Origin: Chrysomallon squamiferum
Lineage: Eukaryota; Animalia; Mollusca
Length of the DNA: 64,000 bases
Reading direction: 5' to 3'
Assembly (NCBI GenBank): GCA_012295275.1
Contig: CM022665.1
Span: 3,596,001-3,660,000 of the forward strand
Shown here piece by piece: positions 11,799 through 25,852 of this stretch; within the stretch, counting starts at the first letter, position 1; each line of letters begins with the position of its first letter. Position numbers and translations under genes: made by a program. The notes below the pieces were generated by a model, which did not search any database, had not been told where the DNA came from, and saw only the letters and a list, made by a program, of their open reading frames with translations.

Positions 11799-14700
11799 AT
11801 GGCGACATACGACAGAATATCTAACGGTGACAAAACTAACATTGTTGACGAAGATGGCTGTGCCACAGACGAGTGGGGTGTCAGGTACCAAGGACATTCA
11901 CGCCCCGATGGAGGCGGATTATTCGCAAAGGATTTCGGTTTAAAATCGAAATGCCAAAAGCTGCGTCAACGACGATGCCTCGTTGCAACGTTGTTCATAG
12001 TTGGAATTTGTGTGTTGACGATTATTTTGATAGTAGTCACGCATTCAAGAAACAGTAACAGCAACCCTCAGAAGCCACATTTCAGAAAGTGGTCTAACGC
12101 CACTGATGGTGAGTGATAAACTGATAAGTGATATATATAAACCGCCGGTGTATTTCTATCGCAAGCAGATGCTCACCTTTCCCTCGTTTAATAAGCTATG
12201 CTGTTACTACTTTTACTTAGCATAACGCTGACTTTTTTGCGAATTTCATATTTTAATTTCATGAATTTACACCCTCATTACAGGTAAAAAAAAAAAATTT
12301 TTCACTGTTTACAGTTGATAAGTAAGTGATTAACCAGTATTTTATTTATTCCTGTTTTTGGTAAAGATTCTGCCACAATGATAATATCTTTGGCAATATA
12401 TAAATTTCATCAGTTAACGAGTTACATTTGTAACACAGCTGAAAACTTAAAATAAAAGAAACAATATAAAAGAAACAATGAAAAATAAAGAATAAAGCTA
12501 TATTTAACAGATATGAATTATTATACTCTTAATTTTTTTTTTTTAATCTATTTGATCTTTATTAAAATACTTTTACAAAATACCAGATATCCTATTTTCA
12601 TAAACAGGGTGAAAATTAAATCAAGGATAATAAGAAAGAACATAATTTTATTTAAAAGATAGGTACAAATTAATAAACTTCTTAATACATTTAAATTTCT
12701 TAGAATACCACGTACAAAAAAAAAAAAAAAAAAAAAAATAAAGTACTATATGTTCAGTGTATATGTCACAGAAACCAGAATAACTTCCACTGAGTGGTGA
12801 GCTACAGTGCACAAAATTTAAAAGTAGTCAGTTTAAAAAGTAATAATAATAAATAATAAATAATAAAAGTCATTTTTCTTGATTTTCCTGATTGCTGGAA
12901 CCCAGATAAATCATGTTACCTATATATGATAAATCATACAAAGACATTACTGATTTAGTTTTTAGAAAGAAATTTTCAGTATTTTTGAAGTGACAAAAAC
13001 TTCAAGAATTCCTTTTTGTAGCCATATTTCTGTCCAGTATCTAATCTTAGGTTCAGGCATTCTTTTGTTTTTTGTTTTCATTTTACTTAAGAAGTTAAGT
13101 ATAAAGTTATAAAATCATTTCGGCTGAAATCATTCTAAATCAGGCCATAGTGATCCCAACTTGGAATTCAGTTTTGTTTTGTTTTTAATTTTATATATAT
13201 ATATATATATTTTTTTTTTTGTTCATTTTTTTGCTTTGTGATTACTCATCAAAGACTTAACATTTTAAAGTAGATATTACTAACACAGTTCCTTACATTA
13301 AGCATTTATAATGTATCTCTTATACTGTCAGTATTACATTTTTTATCTGTGTCATATTGTTTATATCTCGTGACAAAATCTGCATTCCAGATCTTTCAGT
13401 CAGTGGTTCATTGAAATGTAAATATAACTTGGTTTGGTTTTAAAGCACATATCATGCACAAATACATGTGTATATGTATATGTTCATGTCTGTGTGAAGC
13501 ATATCATTTACACATAACATTAAGCAAAATAACAGATGAATGAATCATCGCTATCTTGATGAATTATTGTATATTTTATTGTTAGCAAAGGTCAGCCTCT
13601 AAAAGCCAATAAAACATTTTCTTAGGAGTAATAATATATACGTTATGTTCATAACTATTTATCAACTTTAACAATAACTTGTTTTGGTTTTAATTTTTAA
13701 ATATGCCATTTAAAACAAAACAAAAACCAAACATAAACTTCACCAACAAACGTTTGGTTGACTTCATGTTTAAGTAAATAAATATTCATTTATCTTGACA
13801 TCTTATTTTTTTTTAAATTCTTTTTATAGATTTGAAACATTTTTATTACCACTCAGTGTTCAAATATATATGTCCTGAGCATACCATCCCTCCAGACAGT
13901 TTGCACAAGAAGGTGTTGCTGAATATGAATTAGAAGGATTCGAAGTGTTCTTGTGTGTTACAGTTCTGGGTTGGAGCAAAATCTATATTTTTAGATTCAT
14001 TGTAGTTTTCAGACAATTGCCTGATTTCGAATAGTGGCATTAAAAAAAGTGTTTTACTATTGTTGCTTAAGTTTCAGCATACGTTTAAACACAATTATTT
14101 TCAGGCAAATTTGTGAAATGGCTTTCTTATCAGACCTTTATGCAAACTAAAAAATATGATTTTTGAAAATAAAGAAAATTTATGAAAGAATATAAAAATC
14201 AGGGAAAATAAAGTAAAATTAAAAACTCTTATTTTAAATACTATTTTCTTTCTTTTACAGTTATTCATCTTTGATTTTTTGGAAATAAAATAAAATCTGA
14301 AAAAAAGAATACCAAAAATCAAGTAAAAATAATATGTAATTAGAAACATTTTAAATGGCAATGATACAGAAAATTTTCTTTCTTTTGTTTTGTGAAAAAA
14401 AAAAAAAAAGTTAAATAAAGAATACCTAAAATCAGAGAAAATAATTTAAACTTAAAATCTGATATATTAAAAATCAGTAATAAGAAAAGTTACTGTTACA
14501 CATCTTTGTTCTTTAAAAACAAAGAATATGAAAACAGAAATATAAAAAAATCATGGAAAATAATGCAAAATTAAACAGTTATTTTAAATAGTGAGCATAA
14601 GGCTGGTCAGGATACAGGATATTTTTGTATTTTTTAGTATTACATACCTGTGCTCTTTGAAAACAGAAAAAAATATGAAAACAAAAAAAATGCAACCAAA

Positions 14701-17112
14701 AAAACCCAACTAAAAATCAGAAAAAATAATGTAGAATTAAAAACACATACTTTAAATAGAAATGACAAGGAAAATGATTTATTTTTCTTTTCTATTACAA
14801 TTAAACCTGTTTGTTGTCAGTTCACTGAGTCACACACAGACATGTTTAACCTACTTAATGTGAAATGTTTCCTACAGGAACTTGATGAGGAAATGCACTG
14901 TTAAAATGTGATGACGTTAATATTTTTTGTTTTGGTTTTCTCATCACTTTATTTGACTCTTGCTAAACTAGGCTGAATGAAATTTAAAATGACCTTCAAT
15001 AACAAAACGTAGCAGACAAAACATTGCAAATTTAAGACATCTCTTATTTTTTAAATTATAATTATTATAAAGTTGTTACAGTAATAATAAAGAAATACAA
15101 AATAAACGTGTAAATAAGCAAATTTTTGTAAATGGTCTAATTTGTGTTTTAGCAGGCTGTGCTCTATATTTCATGTTTAAACAAATTTTTTGATGGTTAT
15201 AGATCACTTATTAATAAAACAGCTCCTTTTTAAAACCTATAACTAGGACGTAATCATTAATAAAATAACCAGTGACTGTTAAAAGTTATTGCAATAGAAA
15301 TTTTGAACATGAACATTGTAAAACAGTAAAATACCTAACAATTACATAATTATACACTGTATATAAATAATTCTACACTATGTACAAGTCCTGTTGTATA
15401 CACTGTACAGTATATGTATTATATATATTTTTTTCTATATCTAAGGACTATATTACATGCCAAGGGGCCGTGATGGTTCAGTCCTGATTGATGTTGATGT
15501 TAACAAATACGATGGTGATGGATATGGCTCCTATATTGAATTCCTTGACTACCATTTACACGGTAAAGTATATTTTCTGTGATATTTTTCATTTATTTAT
15601 TTATTTTTATTTTTCATTTTTACTTTTATAATTTTGTAATTGTTGTTAGGTTTATTTGTTTATGCATTAAATCAAAAATAAAAATGTTAAAGAATATTTG
15701 AACTGGTAAATTATTTTTTTCTGTCACATTACACTCTGGATTATTTTATCCATTTGCTTGTCTCTCACTCAATATATTTTTATCTTTTTCTCTGATGATT
15801 TTGTTTCTCTCTCTCTCTCTCTGTCTGTAAATTGTTATTTTCATTTGTCTGTCTCAGAGACATATATCAAAATTACATAGATATTGACTGTGGAGTTGTT
15901 TATGGTTTTTTAGTTTTCATTAATAATGTTGTTATTCATTACTGTCATCACTGTTTATTTACCAGACTACCAGCCAATCAATCAACAGGACAAGAAATTC
16001 TATGTGTGTAAAAAGGGTGATGCACCTGCAGACAAGGTTTGCATATTTAACATCAGTCTCATTGGTGATTGCGACCATTTCCATCAGTATGGATACACAT
16101 CTGGAACTCCTTGTGTGGTCTTCTTCCTGAATCCAGTGAGTTGGTTCATTTTAAGTAACTTTACACATATCTGTGTGTTTTATTGCTAATCTCTGTTGTT
16201 CTTATTATTATTACTAATTCTACTTATTGCTGCTGGTGTTACTACTATTACCACAACTAAAACTGCCAGTGCCACTACTAGTACTATTATTGTTATAACT
16301 GCTGTTACTACTGTTAATTCCATCATTATTATTTCAATATCAGATAGCTTTGTTTTGCATAAATGTTTCGAAGTCTTGTTTACTTTTTTAAATAAAATTT
16401 AATTTTAATTTTTTAGTCAGCCTTTTTTTTTTTAATGTCAAATCAACAAAAGATTTGGTAAACTTTTAATATAAATTATACCATTACAACAGTGTTGTTT
16501 GTTTTTCACAAGAATATTTTAAATTTAATTTTTTAATTTTCAGCCCAGAAACCATGTACCTGTGCCCTATCCTAAAGATTCTAAAGTTGGCAAAATGTTG
16601 GGAAAGCGTTGGTCACCTGACCATATTGGTCTCACCTGCGGTCCTGCAGTATGTTTTATTTACATTACATTTTGCTTGTATTTAATACGATGGCAGTATT
16701 TTATTACCTCTTGAACACTTTCAGTACAATGGTGATAATTTTGACCTCCACTGCATTTAAGTATTTTTTTTAATATTACTCTCATATTTTGTTTATTAGT
16801 TTTCTTAAAACCAGGTTTTTTTAAAATTATTATTTTATTTTTATTATTTGTTTTTTTTAGACTAAAGAAGATGAGAAGTACATAGGCAACCAAACAATCG
16901 ACGGACCCCCAATAGAGTATTTGCCACCAGAAGGTTTTGCTACTTACTATTTCAGAAACAGGACAATTTCTGACTTCCTGGTGCCTATTGCAATGGTCAA
17001 GTTCAATACCATTGCCAATTTTGCTTACGTAAATATTCGCTGCAAGGCTTGGGCACAGAATTTCCATAACAGTGAATTCTACACACAGTCATTCGCATTC
17101 TACATAAAATAG
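11799..17112 (+). CDS. Divergent Na+/K+-transporting ATPase beta-subunit-like protein (ATP1B/nervana family), 317 aa; exons 11799-12108, 15446-15562, 15966-16135, 16544-16648, 16861-17112
   Basis: Type II membrane topology with a single TM segment (CLVATLFIVGICVLTIILIVVT). The ectodomain has the six family cysteines (YVC, KVC, GDC, YGYTSGTPCV, LTC, IRCKAWAQN), IEYLPPEGF and PIAMVKF, matching beta-subunit motifs YGYxxGxPC, PLVAVxF and ECKAWAxNI. GT-AG introns; the 954 nt total is in frame. Confidence 0.85.
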
Positions 17113-17419
17113 GGATGAAGGTGAAGATTGTAACATTAGTTGAAAGAAGCTTATTGTAAGCAGTGTTTCCTGCAGAATATTTTTTTCCACAGCACATTTC
17201 TGAGTGATGCACAGAATTGTGTTAATGTTTAGGGTAACTATTAATTTTCTTTTGAACAAAACAGTCTTTGGTTTTATTCACTGATAATCATGTTTGGTTT
17301 GTTTTTATTGTGTCACAGTGACATGGGTTTTACTTCATGTGTCAGTTTCCATCTCTTCCATTTTCAAAATTTAAATTTGTAGAAATATGATGACTTACTT
17401 TGATACTGCATATATTTCT

Positions 17420-17512
17420 TCCTCTGATGATCAGGGCACTGGCAAAACCTCTCCACAGCTGTCTAATTTCAGCCATTCACTGTGCAGTACCCTGTCTGTT
17501 CTCTAATATTAT
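17420..17512 (-). mobile_element. Eroded 3' end of an RTE-clade LINE
   Basis: The minus strand gives NIREQTG...MAEIRQLWRGFASAL, resembling the RTE C-terminal pattern DNIxEWTG...AxDRxxWRxxVxAL. Confidence 0.35.
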
Positions 17513-17743
17513 GACACAGTTGTAGTCAGATGTTGTTCATTAAGAAACATAATTTTTTGTCTGAAATACTTTATGGTATTAGTGATTCAGTTTTTTTTTG
17601 TATAGGTGTATAAATATTTTACAAATAAAAAAAATAAATCTGAAATACTATTAATACAATAACCGTATATTACAAAACAAAATTATATATGTGTATTTAT
17701 GTATGTATGTATATATGTATGTATATATATATATGTATATATG

Positions 17744-17784
<41 letters not shown>

Positions 17785-18861
17785 GTATGCATGTATGTGA
17801 TATAATGTAAACAATATTTGTTTATTCAACTAAATCTAATATCCTGTAAGCTGCATTTACAATAATTTAAATATCTGATATTGTACAGAATATTTAAATG
17901 TAAATTCTGTTCTATGCAGTATTTACAAGTGAATCAGAGAACCAAACACCAAAACATCTTTTTGAATTAAAGCAGACCTAGAAATGAATAACTTAAGAGA
18001 TGGCCAGAAATTTGTGTCCTGAATGTGCGGGAAACACTGTTGCATATGTAAAATCTGTCCATGAACAAACTCGGTAATGCTAAAAATACTGTCTTCTTTT
18101 TCATCTGATAAATATTGACAGTATTTTTTAAAATAATAATTTTAAATTAGTTTTATTAAATTAATTATATATGGCTAAACAGAGTGACCACATTTAAATA
18201 AATTTTAAATTTTAGTCTTCGTTTAAAAGTTTAATTAAAATAAAGCTCAACATACTTTCCATGTTCTAATTGTGATTAAGATATTGATAAAACATTTTCA
18301 AATTTAACTTTCGAAAAGTAGAATAAAATTTTCACAAATTGCTTCCTGTTTACTTTCCAATATTTTCATGAATTGACACAAAAATAATAACATGCACAAA
18401 TTCATAAAGAAGAACCCAATAGTATTTTTACATGTGTTTTTGTAAGTGTCTTATATTATTTTAATAATATGCAGAAATAATTCTACAGTTGTGATTTTTT
18501 AAAGTCTTTTGAACTTGTCATTTTAAATGATTAACTAACATCTGAAATTACATAATTATTTCAACATTAATTTTCTAATGTTGGTAATATAACTGTTATA
18601 AACCTCAGATGATTTTACTTCTTTTTTTTTCTTTTTTTTTTTGTGACAGTATTGTTATCTAATAATTACACATTCAGCCTTTGTCAGTGACCACAGAAAG
18701 CTATTTTATTACACATTTTTTAAGTGGATATATTTTATAATATCTCTATAAAGAGAGGTGAATTGTTTTGAAAATGTGTGCCCACACTGTAGATAGTTTT
18801 ATGGCAAGGTATCTCATGTCTTAAATGTAATTTTCAGTTACAGATTTTATTATTATTATTA

Positions 18862-18922
18862 TAGGTTGAGAGTCTGCTATCTGAAATGCTTATCAGAATT
18901 TCAGATGAGGGATCCTCAGCCT
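18862..18922. mobile_element. Internally deleted copy of the Tigger4-like element seen at 206-297
   Basis: TAGGTTGAGAGTCTGCTATCTGAAATGCTT...TCAGATGAGGGATCCTCAGCCT: both ends resemble the CAGGTTGAG(G/T)ATCCC terminus in inverted orientation. Confidence 0.5.
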
Positions 18923-20565
18923 CCATTACTTTAATAATTACAATAATTGTTTATTTTTTATTTTTTTCGAAAGAAATCGAAAAAATTTCTTTATTACAAA
19001 AGAGTTTTTAAAATAACCTATTCTGGCAACGTAACGTGTGTTTTTTCCTAGTGCCAGCTTCAGCACACATACTACATTTTCACCACGATGTTCTGTAATT
19101 TACAATTAATTGCAGGAAACCTTGTAAATATTTCTCTTATTTGTCATTTAAAATCAGAATGCTTTAGACAGTCACTGTGGTTAATAAGAAGATATATATA
19201 CAAGTTAGATGATTCATATTGTGTATTTATCTTTGTTTTGTTTTTTTCCCCCTATACAGATCTAGTAGTGATGTTCTTAATGTTTAATTCTGGAACACAT
19301 TCACATGCATATAACCAAGTGTGCCTTTTCACCCCCACTCTCCTTTTTGCTAGCAGAATATTTGTTATTTGTTTATAGCTGTAATAGTTTAGATCTGTGA
19401 ATTAAAGCAAGGCAAAGATGAATTATGTACATCTGTTGTACACGAATGAATTGGTATCGTTTTACATACCATGTGAGTGACCTCATTAAAGAGTATCTTT
19501 AGTGGCTCTGACATATTATATTCTTACAAGTGAAATTTTTTTTATTTTCCATTCCAACCTTTACTAAATATAAAATATGTTGATAAAATAAAACGCTCGA
19601 AGAAATTAGCAGAAGCTGCCATTTTCAACACTTTTTTTTTTTTTTTTTTTTAATGAATGGACCATTCCCATGTTGTCCTCAGCCTCATAGTTAAAAATAT
19701 ATATTTGTATATAATGACATCTTGAATAAGTAAAAATGGCAACTACCAGGCATACTGATGAATTGGTTATGTTATTGTCATACTTTATTATTAGAAAAAG
19801 TTGATGTTACTGACAAAAAAAAAACTATATAAATAAAACATGTTCATGCATCTAAAGGTACACTTTAATAGAGAGATGGAGAGAGCTTAAATTCTATTCA
19901 TGCTAATCAAAGGCTTGTGTTCTGGTGATATATTAAAGCTTTAAAATTTAGTTTTTGCTTCAAGAAGTCCCATTGTTAGCTTATAACCCAAGAGTGGGAA
20001 GTCACAGTTTAGACATTTTGACTAAAAAAAATGTAGAGAAATGGATGAATTCTAATCTGGACTCCATAACAAACTAGGTTGTGAAAATTTTTTTAATATT
20101 GTCATTACAGTTTAATGCTATGAGATTATGAGTTGCTAGGTTTTAATAGCAATGACGGAAATGTAGCAGCATATAATTTAGTTAAACATTTTGACTTTCT
20201 GATGTCTCGATGTTGTCGATATTTCAAAAAGATCATTGGATGTAAATAAAACTGACACACTGTATGGTTATAGAACTAGTCATAGCTTAGTGTGTATATG
20301 TTCCTTTAGCATCTTTTGGTGTGGGGTTTTATCAAAAAGTATTTATTTCTAGTTGATGATAAAAACCATTAGCATTATAATGTGATGTACTGTACTTTCC
20401 TGTTGTTAATGATAAGTCAGTTGTAATTTTAAAACAGGCAGCTTAAATTTGTATGTATAATTTAATATAAATTTTATAGTAAGTATATCAGTGTTATCTA
20501 TAACAAGAGAACATATCTGCAAAATTATTGTTTAAAATGAGAACTGTAAAGTGAATATCTTTTTT

Positions 20566-20612
<47 letters not shown>

Positions 20613-22434
20613 ATAAATTGTTGTCTTTGACTTTAAGTTAAAACATTTCCTAGAAAGGTTAATATAATTATTACTGTTATTTAATTTTTGTAAAAATAAA
20701 TGTCGTTGTTTTCTTAATTCTGCCACAGTTATCATCCATTTTCTAAAAGCAATATCATATATATATTTTATACATTGTAGTTAAAATATGGTGTAATTAA
20801 AATTTCATACATTCTCTTTATACAGATATTTGCATTGTAAGTAATCAGATGATAATACCATGCAACATAGTTAATTGATCAAAACTTATTCTTTTTCTTT
20901 GTGTATACTAAAATTGTGTTGAAATTTTTATTTCTTCTGAACATTCCTGATGACTAATACATTAATTTTCAAAATTGTCAAGATTAATCCAGTTTTATAT
21001 TTATACCTATATTTTTGAAAGTTTCAGGACTAATCCAATGCTTCTTATTATTACTAATCACTTAGTTAAATTGATAATGCATGCTGTGAATAAAAACATT
21101 CTTAAGTTATTGCATCCTTAGCACATCATAATATTATAGCTATTTTTATGTTGCAGTGATATATTTATTTCATAATCATACATCATAACTGAATGTTAAA
21201 AATTCACATTATCACTTCCTCCTATTTTAATTTAGCTTTCAGTTTCTGATTTATACCGAAAACAAATAAAAATAGTCAGAAAAATTGATTTGGCAGCATT
21301 AATTATGAGAAAAACAGGAATGTAAGGGAAAAAAGAGAGAGGGGGGTGAAAACTTTCAGGTATTGTTTGTTTATATAGACTATGAACATGTTTATTTTTT
21401 TATCTCATGCAGTGTATCTTTAATATTAATATTGTTTGTTGTTTATTAGAACTGTGTAAAACTATATTCTGGGATCTTAAAGTGAGGCTTTCAAATACAT
21501 ATTAGAATAGTCGAAGAAATTCACAGTTATGTTTTTTAATTTTAAAAAATAAATAAAAAATGACAGATTTCAGATTATATTATTTTTTCTTGTAAGAAGA
21601 TGTCCTTGTAAAAAATTTTTTTCAGTTTTATTATCAGTAGAACTTATTCATTTAATCAAAAGTTATGTTTTTCTATTTTATTAGACTGTTAATGAATCAA
21701 ATAATCTTTTAATATTTCTTTTCTCTTTCATCCCTTTTTCAAACCTTTTCTTTCATTACCATATCCAGCCCTAATTATAACAGAATGTTGTTGTTCAGTT
21801 CTAAAGCCTAGTTATTAAGTGACTGTCACAGCTTCTGTTGTCAGTTTGATTTTACCAATTAAATATAACTGTATACCATAAGATGTTTTTTTGATTATTA
21901 TTATTAAATATTATTACTAAATTTGTTAGTAGATTAATTATAATAATTAATACACTTATTGATTAATATATATATGTACACACACTGAAGTATGATTTAA
22001 ATTAATATTTTAGAATAATTTGTATGTACATTTATTATTCTTATTACCAAGCTTGTAACTGAACTGTTTAGAGAATTATAAGTATTTTCTATATGTTATA
22101 ACTTTCTTTGTTAATAACAAAATTGTAGCCTTTGAGTATATTAGATTACTAGTATAGTTTTCTGTTTGTCATTTGTGTACATAGTTTTGTTAATGCACTT
22201 TTTAATAAATATTTGTAAGAACATTTGTAAGAACAAAACAAAAATTGAATTAGACCTACTGCATCTTAATCTGAAAATAATCTGATTAATGAATATGTTT
22301 AATACATTCCACATTTTGTTAAGTTTATTTTTATTCCATAGCATGAAAATCAAACAGATATTTCCTTGGTAATAAAATGAAAAAGAACTGTTAATACTGG
22401 ACTTTTTAAAATTATTTATGTAGGTTGTTTGTTG

Positions 22435-22472
<38 letters not shown>

Positions 22473-25400
22473 TTTTTTATTATTATTATTTTTTGTTTTT
22501 TTATTAATTATTTTTTTTATTTACGTCTTTCATGTAATGATAATTGTTATATGGTTGTGTATTTAGGTTGTTTATATTCCAGGTTGTGATTTTATTGTAA
22601 AGGTTATAACCACATGTTAAATCTTATTTCTCTGTATTTAGTTTGTGTCTGATATTTTATTGTTGTTTTACTTAATTTATATACCCATGTAAATTTTAAT
22701 GTAGAAGATTTGTTTAAAGTACACATCTTTAATCAAATAATTGCCTTTTACCTTTTTTAGTTTACCTTTTAATAATTTTTGCACAGAAGAAAAAATAATT
22801 TATGTTGATGGAAATAATAATTTGGGCACAATTTAATATTATTAGGCAGTTTTAAAAATTATTTATGAGTTACCCATTTAATAATAGACACGGACAGACA
22901 AAAAAAAAAAAAAAAATTAAATAGAAATTCTATGAAAGGTAGTTTGTTAAACATTGCTAGAATTAGGCATAAGCTAAACATGAACATTTTAGGGCCTGAC
23001 AGTCTTCAAAAACTTAATATAAAATGAGATGCAATGTAAATATCTTGGGAATTATAACATGTGTTTTGTTTTCGATGAGCCTCCAAACTTTATTTATATA
23101 GTTTAGGGCCTAACCAAGTCTAAATCCAGTAGTTCTTGTGACATTTTATTACTTTGTATTAACTTATAATTAGTATTTTGATTAACAAATCTGACTTTAA
23201 ACCTAGGATGAATAAAAAATGTTGCAACTGGTGTAAAAATATAACTTTAAAACTGCAAAATAATTGTTTAGCATTAAAAAGTGTGCCAGAAACAAACATA
23301 CATAATATCTTTTACAATGTTTTAGTGTAGACCTACTTTTATTTTTTAGATTAATTCATGTTTCATTAAATATGGTTTTGAAAATCCATTTAAGAAACCT
23401 TTTGTTTACATAAAATAATAAATAATATGTTATGTGTCACCATTTCCATGTTGTCAAATTATTTTGGGCTTTCCTTCTTCCCCATTTTCTTTTTTTTTCT
23501 TTCCTAATTCTTTTTCCCATATGGCCAGTAAAAATATTCAAAAATATAAGTTTTTTTTTTTTTAAATATTGTTTTATAAACCATTTCATTTAATGAATGA
23601 CTATTTCAGTGACTAATCAGGGTTCAACAAAATGTTATACACATTTTCGTCTAAATGTTTTTCTGATAGTACTGTTTATATGTCATTAATGTTTGAATTT
23701 TGACATTTACAAAATGAGCCAGTACAGGTCTATGCAAGTCAGTAGTACAGTATGCATTAAAATATACACACTTCTTACAGATGGATGCTCAAAGAATATT
23801 TATTATATAATTCATATAATAATTTTTTTTTTTCAGTAACTGGCTATAACTTTTAAAATAACATCATTATTTTTATTTTTTATTTTTTCCCTATCAAATG
23901 AATCATGTTTGCTTATAATAAGTGTTATTAATAAAAATGAACAATAATTAAACATTTTAACTGGAAGGAATCTTTTTTTTCTTCTGTTAACTGATAAAAT
24001 TGCATGCACAATGTGTTAATTATTTAGAAAAAATGAGTTGGTTCAAAAACAAATTTAAAAAGATTTATTTTCCGAAGACAGATGTGAACTGAAACTCATT
24101 TAGTTACTGAATCAAAAAGACCAAGGTTTATATGAGCTTACCTGTTGTTCAATAGGCAAAAAGAAAAAAAACATGTAATTTTTTTTTTTTTTTTTTTTTT
24201 TTTCTCTTTTAAATTAAGTGGATCTTGTATATGAAGTAACCTTAAAGTGTTCTTGAACTGTACTTCAGTGTGAAGTGCCATTTATCAAACTGTCTTGTTG
24301 AAGTCAGATTAAAACGTCCAGTTTTAAAATGCAACTTTTTTAATGGTTATATTTATATGAATCATGGTTGTGATCTGAAAAACAGTTGTTTCACAGATTT
24401 GTTTATTATGCAATAAGCTCTTACAAATGAATTTGTATATTTTTCTTATCATTAATGTATTTTTGATTTTGATTTTTGAATTATTTTTGTGCTTTTTCAA
24501 ATTAACCATTCCTCGTTGTTTTACTTATAAAACAAATATTCTTATTCCACTGTTGTTCAATTATTACTGCAATAAAACTGCTACTATGCTTACACTGTCT
24601 TATTTGTATTTGCTTTGCTTTTTTTTCCTTTTTTTTTTTTCTCCACTAGTTTAATATAAAACACAGATTTATAACATTTAAAAAGCAAAAAAAAAAAAAA
24701 AATAATAATAGTGATATATAAAAAATAAACAAACAAAAGCAAAATAATCCAAAAATAATTGTATATAAAATAAACATATAACATATACACTGTTTATATG
24801 GGAGTAGACTGTGTGCCAGTAGTCGATCGTAATTGTAACTTTGATCAACTACAACACACATGCCATAATATATCTTCTAATAAAAATTGCATATAAAACA
24901 AAAACCAAACTAATATTTCCATGTACCTGAAATGTACATTTTATTTACACTAAAAATGATGTACATTAAATATTAATATATAAAATGAAGATGTATGTTA
25001 CAAATGTTATGATAAAATTCATTGATGATTTTTAAACCAGTTTTTTTTTAAATTCTGCAGAGTCTTGAAAATGTGTATCATCTAGGAACACTTTTTTTAA
25101 TAGCAAGAGTAAAAATGGCTGAAAGGTATGATCATCATTCAGTTTACAAAAGATATTACTTTTTTTTATAATGATTGACTGTTCAGTCTTGTAACGAAAT
25201 GAGAAACTCAGCATGTTCCTTGGTAACACGTAAGTCTTCAGACTTGTTCTCTAATATTATTGTAATGTGTCTTGAAGGACCAGAAAGTACCATTAATGTT
25301 TTTATTTTGTTCTGCTCTCTGAAGCAATGTATTTCTCTTGGCACTGGTTTCTCAAAACAATGTCTGTCTGCTGCGAATCCAAATGTTCTTGTTATGTGAT

Positions 25401-25852
25401 CTTACTTAACTTCAAACTCTATGTTCACATTTCAGTAATGCCATTATTAATTATACTATATGGCACATATATAATATATACTTTTTTCTAAGACCAAGTT
25501 CTAAATAACATATTTAGTCTCAGTCTTGTTTCAGGAGAAATATTTAAAACAATAATTCAATCTGGCAATTTCATCATGGTTGCTTTGTATTTGATCTTTC
25601 CACATATTTGACCAGATTTAAAGTGTGGTTGTTGATATTATCCTTGCTAGAAAACCTGGTTGAAAACAGACATGATTCTTTAAAATCCTTAGTCCCAGTG
25701 TTCATTTTTAGTGATTTTACAACAAAATCCATCAGACTGTTTTACCAGATCTTTGTTATTACATTTCTCTTCACATTTATGCTGCCCGGCTATTAATTAT
25801 AACTCATAATCGTGACATAATTATTACATCATCTTAAAGTCATTCTACACTG

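Noticed and set aside
16196-16402. ORF resembling a signal peptide plus Thr-rich mucin-like peptide
   Set aside because: It is a degenerate (TTA)/(ACT)/(GCT) trinucleotide tract within intron 3 of the beta-like gene, and the start is non-ATG.
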